In this document: one piece after another, positions 18,601 through 27,385 of the stretch | Position numbering within the stretch: the first letter of the stretch is position 1 | How the letters are laid out: each line of letters opens with the position of its first letter | NCBI GenBank assembly: GCA_937892865.1 | Contig: CALBJG010000148.1 | Span: 1-47,256, forward strand | Length of the DNA: 47,256 nt | Direction: 5' to 3' | Source of the DNA: an uncultured Clostridia bacterium | Lineage (GTDB): Bacteria > Bacillota > Clostridia > Oscillospirales > Oscillospiraceae | The notes under the pieces: generated by a model | Seen by the model: only the letters and a program-made list of their open reading frames with translations | Database searches by the model: none | Told to the model about the DNA's origin: nothing | Program-made: the position numbers and the translations under genes

Positions 18601-20307
18601 ATGCTATATAGACAAGAACATCCAAGACCACAATTTATTCGTAAAGACTGGAAAAACCTGAATGGTGAATGGGACTTTGAAATTGACCATTCCATCAGCG
18701 GTGACGCCCGCGGACTCATGAACGACGGCGCATCTTTTTCCAAAAAGATCCAAGTTCCCTTCTGCCCCGAGAGTAAACTCTCCGGAGTAGAATATGTTGA
18801 CTTTATGCGCTGCGTTTGGTACAGAAGATCCTTTACCGCAACACCTGAACATCTGCAGGGCAGGATCTTACTGCACTTCGGCGCAGTGGACTACGAAGCA
18901 AAGGTATATGTCAACGGTCAATTATGCGGCAATCACAAGGGCGGCTATTCCAGCTTCCATTTTGATATTACCGATTATGTAGTCGCCGGTGAAAACACCA
19001 TCGTTGTGCAGGCGCTGGATGACACCCGGGATCCGCTGATCCCCTCCGGCAAGCAATGCCACGAATATGCATCCAAAGGCTGTATGTACACCCGCAGTAC
19101 CGGTATCTGGCAGACCGTTTGGCTGGAATATGTGCCGAAAGCATATATTGTCAGCACAAAATACACCACCGATATAAAAGCAGGAACGGTACATATCAGT
19201 GCCACGGTGATCGGAAACGGCGAGTTTAAGGCAGAGGCTTTTTACAATGGTAAACCTATGGGCTCTGCCCGGACAACCTCCTACGGCGGTTGCGCCCAGC
19301 TGACGATCAATTTATCTGAGATCCACCTTTGGGAAGCCGGCAACGGCAGACTCTATGATCTGGTGCTGACCTACGGAGAAGACCGGGTGGAAAGTTATTT
19401 CGGTCTGCGCTCCCTGACGCTGGACGGCTACCGTTTTCTGCTGAACGGAAAGACCTTCTTCCAGCGACTGGTTCTGGACCAAGGCTATTACCCCGACGGC
19501 ATCTACACCGCTCCCAGCGATGAAGACCTTATCAAGGATATTCAGCGTGGTCTGGATATGGGCTTTGACGGCGCACGGCTTCACGAGAAGGTGTTTGAAG
19601 AGCGATTCCTTTATCATTGCGACCGTATGGGCTATCTCGTTTGGGGAGAATATCCCAACTGGGGCTTGGATCATTGCGATCCCGGCGCTTTAAGCGCTGT
19701 CCTGCCGGAATGGATCGAAGTGGTACAAAGAGACTTCAACCACCCCGCTATCGTTGGTTGGTGTCCCTTTAACGAAACCACGAACAACAAGGGAAAACCC
19801 AACCACGACGCTCTGCTTTCCGGTATCTATAAGGTCACCAAGGCTATAGACCCCACCCGCCCCTGCATTGACACCAGCGGCTATTTCCACGTGATCACGG
19901 ATATTTTTGATGTGCATACCTATCAGCAAGATCCGGAGACTTTTACCAAGTACTACGAATCTATGGCTGTTGACGGCACATTTTATGATTTCTGTTCCCA
20001 TTCGCAAACCCCAAAGAAGGGACAGCCTATGTTTGTCAGCGAATACGGCGGCATCGGTTTCTCTTTGGATGAATCTGCCTGGGGCTATGGCAATGCGCCT
20101 ACAAGCAGAGAGCAATACCTACAGCGACTGAAGGGATTGACGGATGTGCTGCTGGACAACCCCTATATGATGGGTCTTTGCTACACCCAGCTGTATGATG
20201 TGGAGCAGGAGCAGAACGGTCTTTACACCTACTCCCGGCAGCCTAAATTCTCCCCGGAGGAAATCGCGCCAATCTTCCGGCGCAAAGCTGCCATCGAGGA
20301 AATATAA
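18601..20307 (+). CDS. Glycoside hydrolase family 2 (beta-galactosidase/glucuronidase-like), no signal peptide
   Basis: LNGEWDF, LHFGAVDY, TGIWQTVWLE, NHPAIVGWCPFNE (acid/base), SEYGG (nucleophile). Confidence 0.92.
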   Translation: MLYRQEHPRPQFIRKDWKNLNGEWDFEIDHSISGDARGLMNDGASFSKKIQVPFCPESKLSGVEYVDFMRCVWYRRSFTATPEHLQGRILLHFGAVDYEAKVYVNGQLCGNHKGGYSSFHFDITDYVVAGENTIVVQALDDTRDPLIPSGKQCHEYASKGCMYTRSTGIWQTVWLEYVPKAYIVSTKYTTDIKAGTVHISATVIGNGEFKAEAFYNGKPMGSARTTSYGGCAQLTINLSEIHLWEAGNGRLYDLVLTYGEDRVESYFGLRSLTLDGYRFLLNGKTFFQRLVLDQGYYPDGIYTAPSDEDLIKDIQRGLDMGFDGARLHEKVFEERFLYHCDRMGYLVWGEYPNWGLDHCDPGALSAVLPEWIEVVQRDFNHPAIVGWCPFNETTNNKGKPNHDALLSGIYKVTKAIDPTRPCIDTSGYFHVITDIFDVHTYQQDPETFTKYYESMAVDGTFYDFCSHSQTPKKGQPMFVSEYGGIGFSLDESAWGYGNAPTSREQYLQRLKGLTDVLLDNPYMMGLCYTQLYDVEQEQNGLYTYSRQPKFSPEEIAPIFRRKAAIEEI

Positions 20308-20334
20308 AAAATTCTTTGCAGGAGGCTACGAAAA

Positions 20335-23300
20335 ATGAAACGGTTTCTTTCATTAATTCTTGCTTTTGCAATCATACTCTCCTTTGTTCCGGTGTTTGTT
20401 ATCGCCGAAGGCGCCTCCGGCTCTGCAGGCGAAGATCCCATTGAAGTCACTTATGACTTTGCGTTGGAAAACACTTCCTTAGTAAACAACAACGGCGCCA
20501 GTTTTGCCAAGCAAACGCTGAACACAGCCGCCAACGAGGGAAAACTTGCCAGTTATTATACGCAAGGAGAGTTGAACTGGAAGTACACACTTAACAATGC
20601 TTCTTCTTTTAAGACTTCCACAAACACCTCTACGGCTTTGCCGATTTTCGGCGGCAACGGCTATGTGTGGACAGGATTGCGGCTGATCAATAAAGTGGTT
20701 GAAGGTAGCGTTTCCTCCTACCCCACCGGTCACTGGAACAGTTTTACGATCCGTGTAGAGACCGCCGGCACATACAACATAAGCCTGAACTATCAAAAGC
20801 GTTCAGGCGGCGCTAAGGAAGGTCAAGTCTATCTCTTGCCCGGCACATATGCAACTGTGGACGATGTAGACGCGGCAATGAGCGCAAGCACTTTGCTTGG
20901 CACCCTGGATTTCAGCAACAACAGTTCCACCCCCACAAATGCATCTGCGCAACTCGGCGAAGTGGAACTTACCGCCGGTGAGCATACCATTGTATTTAAA
21001 GGTGTAAGTTACGCCACCGGATCCAAAGAAGCCTATATTTATATTTCGAATCTGAAAATGCTGCAGGTACTTGATCCTGGTGACAATGATGCGATCCAAC
21101 CTCAAGGTTATAACTTTGCTTTGGGTAGCACCGATCTGACAGACGCTTCCGGCGCATCCTTGGCAGGCAAGACCCTGACACAAGCGCCGATCAAAGCCGC
21201 TGTTGACGGTTTCTATGCTGACGGAACAACATCCTGGAAATATGGCTTGGACAACATCGCAAGTTTTGCCACCGATTCCAAAACTGCCCACGACACATTC
21301 TATTTTGGCGGCACAGACAGTTACAAGTGGACCGGTCTGCGTTTGGGCGCTAAAGTGCAAGAGGGCTCTTCCCCTGCCACCTACCCCGCAGGGTACTGGG
21401 TCGGCTTTACTGTCAAATCTCCCGGCGCAGGTAACTTTAAGTTTGATCTGAGTTATCAGCCAAGAAGTGGCGGCACAAGCGCGGGTGAAGTATATCTCGT
21501 TAAGGGAGAATTCACGGACATTGCCACTTTGGAAGAAAAACTGACGAAAGAGAACTTGCGTCAGGTGGTGGACTTCAGCAGCAATACCACAGATTTCTTC
21601 GCCCCGGTAAAGGCTGATCTTGGCATCGTCACTATGGAAGATTGCGCATATACCGTTGTTTTCAAGGCAACCAAGGCTGATGCCTCTGCTTATATGCACA
21701 TCAGCGCATTGAATTTTACCCAGACACAGGATGCGCCTTATGTTCCTACGCTCCCTGGAGAAGAGGAAGAATTACCGGTTCAACCTCAAGGCTATAACTT
21801 CGCTTTGGGCGCGACCGATTTGGTCGATGAGAACGGCGCTGCATTGGGCGGCAAAAATATCTCCTTAACTACCACCAAGAACGCATTGGCGCAGTATTAC
21901 GATCAGGGTATTCTTTCCTGGAAATACACCCTGGACAACGCTGATTCCTTCAAAACGAACACCAACAGTGTTGTCAACACATCCTGCTTTGGCGACACCG
22001 ATACCTATAAATACCACGGTCTTCGCTTTGGTGTTAAAGTCCAGGAGGGCAAAGAAACTGCCACCTACCCCGCAGGTTTCTGGATGGCTTTGACGATCCA
22101 ATCCCCGGGAAAAGGCACATTTGATGCAAATCTTAATTTCCAATCCCGCAACGACTCCACGCCTGCCGGCGAAGTCTATCTGATCAAGGGCACATTCACA
22201 GATGCCAGGGTGTTGGAAAAGAAATTGACAGAGGAAAACTTGCTGAAAAGCGTCAATTTCCAGGCGAACAACACCACGACCCAGTATCAACCCTCCAAGC
22301 GTTCCCTGGGCGTTGTCGCATTTGAACAAGGCGAATACACGCTGGTGTTCAAAGCCGCCGAAATGGCATCCTATGGTGCTTATATGACCATTACGGATAT
22401 AACCTTTACCCCCTGCGCGCCAGAGGTGGTGTTGCCACCGGTGCAGGCAAATAAGATCGTGTACGATTTCAATTTAGGTCCCACGGATCTTGTTTCCGTT
22501 GACGGTGCAGACTTGGGCGGTCAGGATCTGGAAAACAGAAATGTGATCGCAGCGCTGGGCGAATACTATGAGAAGCAGAAAATCTACTGGAAGTATGCAG
22601 CATCCAACCTGTCCTCTTTCAAAAAGAAGGACACCACCATTCTGTCCACCTGCTACTTCAGCGGTCCTGAGCCTTACCATAAATATAACGGTCTGCGCCT
22701 TGGTGTGAAGGTAAACGGCCCGAAGGTCGACCCGAACACCAACCAGAAGGTCGCATCCTATCCTGCCGGCTGGTGGGTTGCTGTGAATATCCATTCACCG
22801 GGCAAGGGTCTTTACTATCTGACTTTGGATTATCAAAAGCGTGCCGACGCCTGCACAGAGGGCGAATTCTATCTGATCAAAGGCGCTCTTACAAACGCAT
22901 CTGATATTCAGGCACAGTTGACTCCGGAAAACCGTCTTCTCTCCGAGGACCTTTCCAACAGAACTCTGGAATTCAGGGATAAGAAGTTGGAACTTGGCGC
23001 GGTCTGCTTTGAGCAGGGCGAATATACCCTTGTTTTCCGCGCTGCAAATGCTAAAGATACCGGCGCGTATATGTACCTGAATAAGCTGACCGCCACGCAC
23101 GAATCCATTATGACCTTCTCCGATGAAACAGTTTATAATTTCGCGTTGAGCAATGTAGACGACGGCATTTACACAGGCCAACCCACTGTGGCAGAAAAGG
23201 AAACCGATATTGCCCAGCTTTATGATCGCGGAAAGCTGAATTGGAAGTACGAAGACAGAGAGATGACCTTAAGCGATACCTTCAACAACTTTAACAAGGC

Positions 23301-26300
23301 TTACGATCTGTATCTTTACACCAATCAAGAGCAATGGATGGCATTCCGAATCAAATCCCCCGGTAAGGGTCTGCACACCTTGATCCTGAACCACAGTCAG
23401 GGTGCCAGTGGCGCATTGGGCGCTGTATATGTGCTCCCCGGTGATACCAAGGATATCCAGTCCGCAATGGACCACGGCAACCGGGTAGGCAAGGTGCAGT
23501 TTTATAACGAAACCGGCGATTCCCAAACGGAAAACGGAAAAACCACCACCGTCGGCACCTATGAATTTGGCGATGAAAAGGAATATATCCTTGTTATGGA
23601 AGCCTATGAAGCTTCTCCCTACAAATCCGGCATCGGCTATATGTGGCTGACAAGCCTGATTGCCAAGAAAGGCGATCATACCAAGCAGCAAACCGCGACC
23701 CGCAGGATCCGTCCTATGGTGGTCGATCCTGATCCGGTGAAAGGCTTTGAAACCACCGCCTACGGCACAACAGCTGTTGTGAACGGACAGGATTATCTGT
23801 TCCTGCCCACAGAAGGCAAAAAAATGTTTGTGTATAACCTGGACAACGTGACGCTGGAGGCCATTGTAAAAACGCCCTTTACCACGATGCGCGGTATGAC
23901 CACCGACAGCGACGGCATTGTTTGGGGTGTTGGCGATAACGCCTATGTTTGGCGGTATGACCCCTACACAGAGGTTGGAACCCGTTCCATTAACTATAAG
24001 ATTGAAGGCGGTATCGAGGATACCAACTCCGGATTTACCATTGTTTCTGACGACAACGGCAATCTCTATCTGGGTTCGTATGAAAAGGCATATATTGTCA
24101 AATACGAACCGCAGTCCGGAAAATTCAGCAAGGTAGTCGGCGAACTGCATCCGGACGCAGCCTATTCCAGCGGTTTGGTTTATAAAGACGGATTCCTGTA
24201 TGCCGCTATTTCCGGCGACCGGAATAACGACGGCGCAAAGGTCGCTGAGGTGTTGAAGATCGATCTTGCGGCAAACAAGGTGGTGGCGAGAAAGGATATT
24301 CTCCCCCAGTTTGGTGACGATGAGGTTATGGTCCGCGGCAGCGGTATTTGCGGCAACACCTTGTTTATCGGCGGCGATGTTATGGATGCATTTATCGCAT
24401 TCGATATCGACACCATGGAATTTAAGGATTATGGGATCGGCGATTACCAAATGTCCTGGAGTCCCACAGAAGAGATCGACGGAAAATGCTATATGCTGAT
24501 CTCCACCTTAGGCTTCCACGAGTATGATTCCTCCACAGATACCCTTACCAAAGTAGAAAATATGGAATACGGCATTGTGGGCTTCCGTTGCCGCAACTTT
24601 AGTTCCATCACATTGGAGAACAACCCTCTGCTCCCTGGAACATCCTATGTGACCTATGCATCCACCGGCGTGAAGATCTATAATTTTGAAACCCAAAAGG
24701 TGTTCTCCCCAGATCTTTACGACGAGGACAACAACGGCTCTGGTCAGGATATCCGCACCATTGTCAACGGTCTTCCCGGCAGTGATGAGATCTACATCGG
24801 CGGCTATAACACAGAAAATGCCGTGGCGATCAGTTTGCTCAACGGCGAAACAGTTAAGAATTTTAAGGTCTCCAGTGCCCAGACCGACGCATTTTTGTGG
24901 TACGAAAACGCGTTGTATGCCGGTACCTACAATAACGGTGCCATCACCAAGATCAACCTTGAGGATGAAAACCGAAATGTTGTGCTGCAAAGTATGAAAG
25001 ATATGTATGGACAATCCCGCGTCCACGCGCTCGCTGCCGGTGACGGATGGATCTTCGGCGGTACTGTTCCGGATTCGTTTATGTATGGCGGTTGTCTGAT
25101 TGCAATCAATTTGCAGACCCAAGAACGTGTTGTTGTGGAAAACATTGTGAAGGATCAATGTATCACAGGTCTTGTGTACAACGACGGACTGGTCTTCGGC
25201 ACTACCTCTTTGGCAGGCGGTACAGGAACGCTGCCGGGAGGCACAAACCCGGAAAACTCCGCGGTGATCTTCGTGTATGATGTGCAAAAGAAGGAGAAGA
25301 TCGCTGAACTGGACCTTCGGGAGCATATTCCGGGTCTGCTGGACACGCTCCCCTATGTCAACGGCATTGTTGCTGACCCGAATGTAGCAGAAAACGGAAA
25401 ATATTGGGGCATTATTTCTGAAACACTATTCTCCTTTACCTTCAACAAGGAAACCAATACATTTAAGGTGAAGGAAGAGTTGTGCTTTACCAAAACCGTT
25501 ATGCCTGCCACAAGCGAGGCGCGCCATTGGTTTGCCCGGGACTTTGCCTTCAAGGACGGCTATATGTATGCTTCCTTTGGCTCACAGGGCGGTCTGCAGA
25601 AGATCAACCTGGAAAACCCCAAGGATCATAGCCGCGTCAATTGTGAAACACCTACCCACTTCGTGATCGCAGAGGACGGAAATCTATACTACAGCATCGG
25701 CAACCAAATGCTTAAAATGTACCCGCTGGATGTCACTGAGTCAGATTGGGAAAAATCGGAGAAGGTGGACGCACTGATCGCCAAGATCGACAAAAAAGTC
25801 ACCTTGGAAAGTGAAACGGCGATCCTTGCCGCCAGCGACGCATATCAGGCGCTTTCGCTGAAGCACAGAGCGCTTGTGCAGAATTTTGAAACCTTGGAGA
25901 TCGCGCAGACTGATCTGCTGGAAGCAAAAATAGAGACCATTGAAGAGGTTAGTCTGGATGACAAGGAACTGATCCTTTCTCTGAATGAAACCTACAAGGC
26001 GCTGACAGCAAACCAGCAAAAGTATGTGAAAAACTATGAGACCCTGCGTAAGGCAACCAAAGAATTGCAGGCAATTCTCGACAAAATCGAAGCAGATCGC
26101 GTACAAAAAATTCTTGATGAAGGCATACGCGCGCTGGGCGAGATCACCCTGGAGGATGAGGAAACCATCAAGGGGCTCAGAGAAACATTCAACGCCTTGA
26201 CTTTTGCGCAGCAGAATCTGGTGGATACGACCCAATTAAAGGCTGTGGAAGAAGCAATCAAGGAACTGCGCCAGGTCCGTATTGACCGGTTGATTCAGTT

Positions 26301-26751
26301 GATCGGTATGATCGGTGACGTGACTTTAGAAGATGAGTCGATCATTACTGAGGCAATGGATATCTACAACTGGATGTATCTGGATGAGCGTGAGCAACTG
26401 GACTATTCCACATTGATTACAGCGAAAGGCGACCTTGAAAAACTCCAGAAGGAAGCCGCCGCGGCGGTAGATGCGCTAATTCAGGAGATCGGCGACTCAG
26501 TAGATTACAGTGATAAGAATGCCATCAAGATTGCACGTGCCGCCTATGACGCCCTGACGCCGGGTTCAAAGCAATATGTAACAATGCTGAGTCTGTTGGA
26601 AGAAGCAGAACTGTTATATAGCCATATGTTCCCCATTTGGGCAATGGTGGTGATCGCTGTGGTAGCGGTTGCTGGCGCAGTTACAGCAATTATCGTAGTG
26701 CGGAAAAAGCGTAAGGCAATAATGCCGACTGTTGAAGATACCGCATCATAA
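20335..26751 (+). CDS. 2138-aa secreted, C-terminally membrane-anchored repeat / beta-propeller / stalk protein of unknown function
   Basis: Signal peptide MKRFLSLILAFAIILSFVPVFVIA; five internal repeats; propeller-like blades; helical repeats; TM helix plus RKKRK at the C-terminus; AGGAGG RBS. Confidence 0.9.
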   Translation: MKRFLSLILAFAIILSFVPVFVIAEGASGSAGEDPIEVTYDFALENTSLVNNNGASFAKQTLNTAANEGKLASYYTQGELNWKYTLNNASSFKTSTNTSTALPIFGGNGYVWTGLRLINKVVEGSVSSYPTGHWNSFTIRVETAGTYNISLNYQKRSGGAKEGQVYLLPGTYATVDDVDAAMSASTLLGTLDFSNNSSTPTNASAQLGEVELTAGEHTIVFKGVSYATGSKEAYIYISNLKMLQVLDPGDNDAIQPQGYNFALGSTDLTDASGASLAGKTLTQAPIKAAVDGFYADGTTSWKYGLDNIASFATDSKTAHDTFYFGGTDSYKWTGLRLGAKVQEGSSPATYPAGYWVGFTVKSPGAGNFKFDLSYQPRSGGTSAGEVYLVKGEFTDIATLEEKLTKENLRQVVDFSSNTTDFFAPVKADLGIVTMEDCAYTVVFKATKADASAYMHISALNFTQTQDAPYVPTLPGEEEELPVQPQGYNFALGATDLVDENGAALGGKNISLTTTKNALAQYYDQGILSWKYTLDNADSFKTNTNSVVNTSCFGDTDTYKYHGLRFGVKVQEGKETATYPAGFWMALTIQSPGKGTFDANLNFQSRNDSTPAGEVYLIKGTFTDARVLEKKLTEENLLKSVNFQANNTTTQYQPSKRSLGVVAFEQGEYTLVFKAAEMASYGAYMTITDITFTPCAPEVVLPPVQANKIVYDFNLGPTDLVSVDGADLGGQDLENRNVIAALGEYYEKQKIYWKYAASNLSSFKKKDTTILSTCYFSGPEPYHKYNGLRLGVKVNGPKVDPNTNQKVASYPAGWWVAVNIHSPGKGLYYLTLDYQKRADACTEGEFYLIKGALTNASDIQAQLTPENRLLSEDLSNRTLEFRDKKLELGAVCFEQGEYTLVFRAANAKDTGAYMYLNKLTATHESIMTFSDETVYNFALSNVDDGIYTGQPTVAEKETDIAQLYDRGKLNWKYEDREMTLSDTFNNFNKAYDLYLYTNQEQWMAFRIKSPGKGLHTLILNHSQGASGALGAVYVLPGDTKDIQSAMDHGNRVGKVQFYNETGDSQTENGKTTTVGTYEFGDEKEYILVMEAYEASPYKSGIGYMWLTSLIAKKGDHTKQQTATRRIRPMVVDPDPVKGFETTAYGTTAVVNGQDYLFLPTEGKKMFVYNLDNVTLEAIVKTPFTTMRGMTTDSDGIVWGVGDNAYVWRYDPYTEVGTRSINYKIEGGIEDTNSGFTIVSDDNGNLYLGSYEKAYIVKYEPQSGKFSKVVGELHPDAAYSSGLVYKDGFLYAAISGDRNNDGAKVAEVLKIDLAANKVVARKDILPQFGDDEVMVRGSGICGNTLFIGGDVMDAFIAFDIDTMEFKDYGIGDYQMSWSPTEEIDGKCYMLISTLGFHEYDSSTDTLTKVENMEYGIVGFRCRNFSSITLENNPLLPGTSYVTYASTGVKIYNFETQKVFSPDLYDEDNNGSGQDIRTIVNGLPGSDEIYIGGYNTENAVAISLLNGETVKNFKVSSAQTDAFLWYENALYAGTYNNGAITKINLEDENRNVVLQSMKDMYGQSRVHALAAGDGWIFGGTVPDSFMYGGCLIAINLQTQERVVVENIVKDQCITGLVYNDGLVFGTTSLAGGTGTLPGGTNPENSAVIFVYDVQKKEKIAELDLREHIPGLLDTLPYVNGIVADPNVAENGKYWGIISETLFSFTFNKETNTFKVKEELCFTKTVMPATSEARHWFARDFAFKDGYMYASFGSQGGLQKINLENPKDHSRVNCETPTHFVIAEDGNLYYSIGNQMLKMYPLDVTESDWEKSEKVDALIAKIDKKVTLESETAILAASDAYQALSLKHRALVQNFETLEIAQTDLLEAKIETIEEVSLDDKELILSLNETYKALTANQQKYVKNYETLRKATKELQAILDKIEADRVQKILDEGIRALGEITLEDEETIKGLRETFNALTFAQQNLVDTTQLKAVEEAIKELRQVRIDRLIQLIGMIGDVTLEDESIITEAMDIYNWMYLDEREQLDYSTLITAKGDLEKLQKEAAAAVDALIQEIGDSVDYSDKNAIKIARAAYDALTPGSKQYVTMLSLLEEAELLYSHMFPIWAMVVIAVVAVAGAVTAIIVVRKKRKAIMPTVEDTAS
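20446..23670 (+). repeat. Five tandem intragenic ~220-aa domain repeats
   Basis: Starts near 20446, 21097, 21781, 22453 and 23125 (Y[DN]F[AN]L...WKY...GLR[LF]...YPxGxW...SPGxG...GE[YH]TxVF). Repeats 2 and 3 keep DNA similarity (CAACCTCAAGGyTATAACTTyGCTTTGGG). Boundaries approximate. Confidence 0.85.
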
Positions 26752-26801
26752 TAGGCGCAGAAAGCGCTTTCCCCCAACAAAAGGCAGATATAGGGCATAA
26801 G

Positions 26802-26833
26802 AAAACCGCCGTAGATATTTCTACGGCGGTTTT
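26802..26833. terminator. Bidirectional-type terminator after the giant protein gene
   Basis: AAAACCGCCGTAGA-tatt-TCTACGGCGGTTTT. Confidence 0.8.
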
Positions 26834-27002
26834 GAGCAATATTAAGAAAGGGGGTAAAATTACAATCATCCCTTATCCCTACGCTTATTTTGCTTTTGAC
26901 TGCGGTAACGATGCACCATTCCAGCGGCATTGATCGCCGATTTGACCGGTTTTATCGCCGCATCATTATCGGTAAAATATTTGTTTTAACAATCAATAGG
27001 CA

Positions 27003-27038
27003 AAAAAATCCCGCAGACAAGAGTCTGCGGGATTTTTT
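27003..27038 (-). terminator. Terminator of rpsU
   Basis: AAAAAATCCCGCAGAC-aaga-GTCTGCGGGATTTTTT. Confidence 0.85.
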
Positions 27039-27063
27039 GAGCATAATAAGAAAGGGGGAGAAA

Positions 27064-27246
27064 TTAATAGAACTTTCTCTTATTCTTACGGGCAGCTTCA
27101 GACTTCTGCTTACGCTTCAGGCTGGGGCTGACATAATGCTCGCGCTTCTTAACTTCGGCAATAACGCCCTCCTTGGCACAGCTACGCTTAAAACGGCGCA
27201 GAGCGCTCTCCAGAGATTCGTTTTCCTTAACGCGAATTTCAGACAT
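27064..27246 (-). CDS. rpsU: 30S ribosomal protein S21
   Basis: [23 protein letters not shown]...EVKKREHY; start ATG 27246 behind GGAGGG. Confidence 0.97.
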   Translation of the reverse strand: MSEIRVKENESLESALRRFKRSCAKEGVIAEVKKREHYVSPSLKRKQKSEAARKNKRKFY

Positions 27247-27316
27247 GGTTTTCCCTCCCTCCGATGGCATCCGGCTAAGTCCAGGATGCTTTCAGGCCCG
27301 CTATGCAGGCTTGAAT

Positions 27317-27345
27317 ATTATATGCCGATTTACGGAATTTGTCAA
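27317..27345 (-). promoter_or_regulatory. Consensus sigma-A promoter of rpsU
   Basis: TTGACA (27345-27340), 17 bp, TATAAT (27322-27317). Confidence 0.9.
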
Positions 27346-27385
27346 GGACGATTTCCCGTTTTTTCATCGGAATGTGCTTTTTTTC

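Noticed and set aside
26864..26919. Tiny basic minus-strand ORF MVHRYRSQKQNKRRDKG as an rpsU pseudogene or small protein
   Set aside because: No RBS and only a few codons of similarity to the S21 C-terminus; only the nucleotide duplication is reported.
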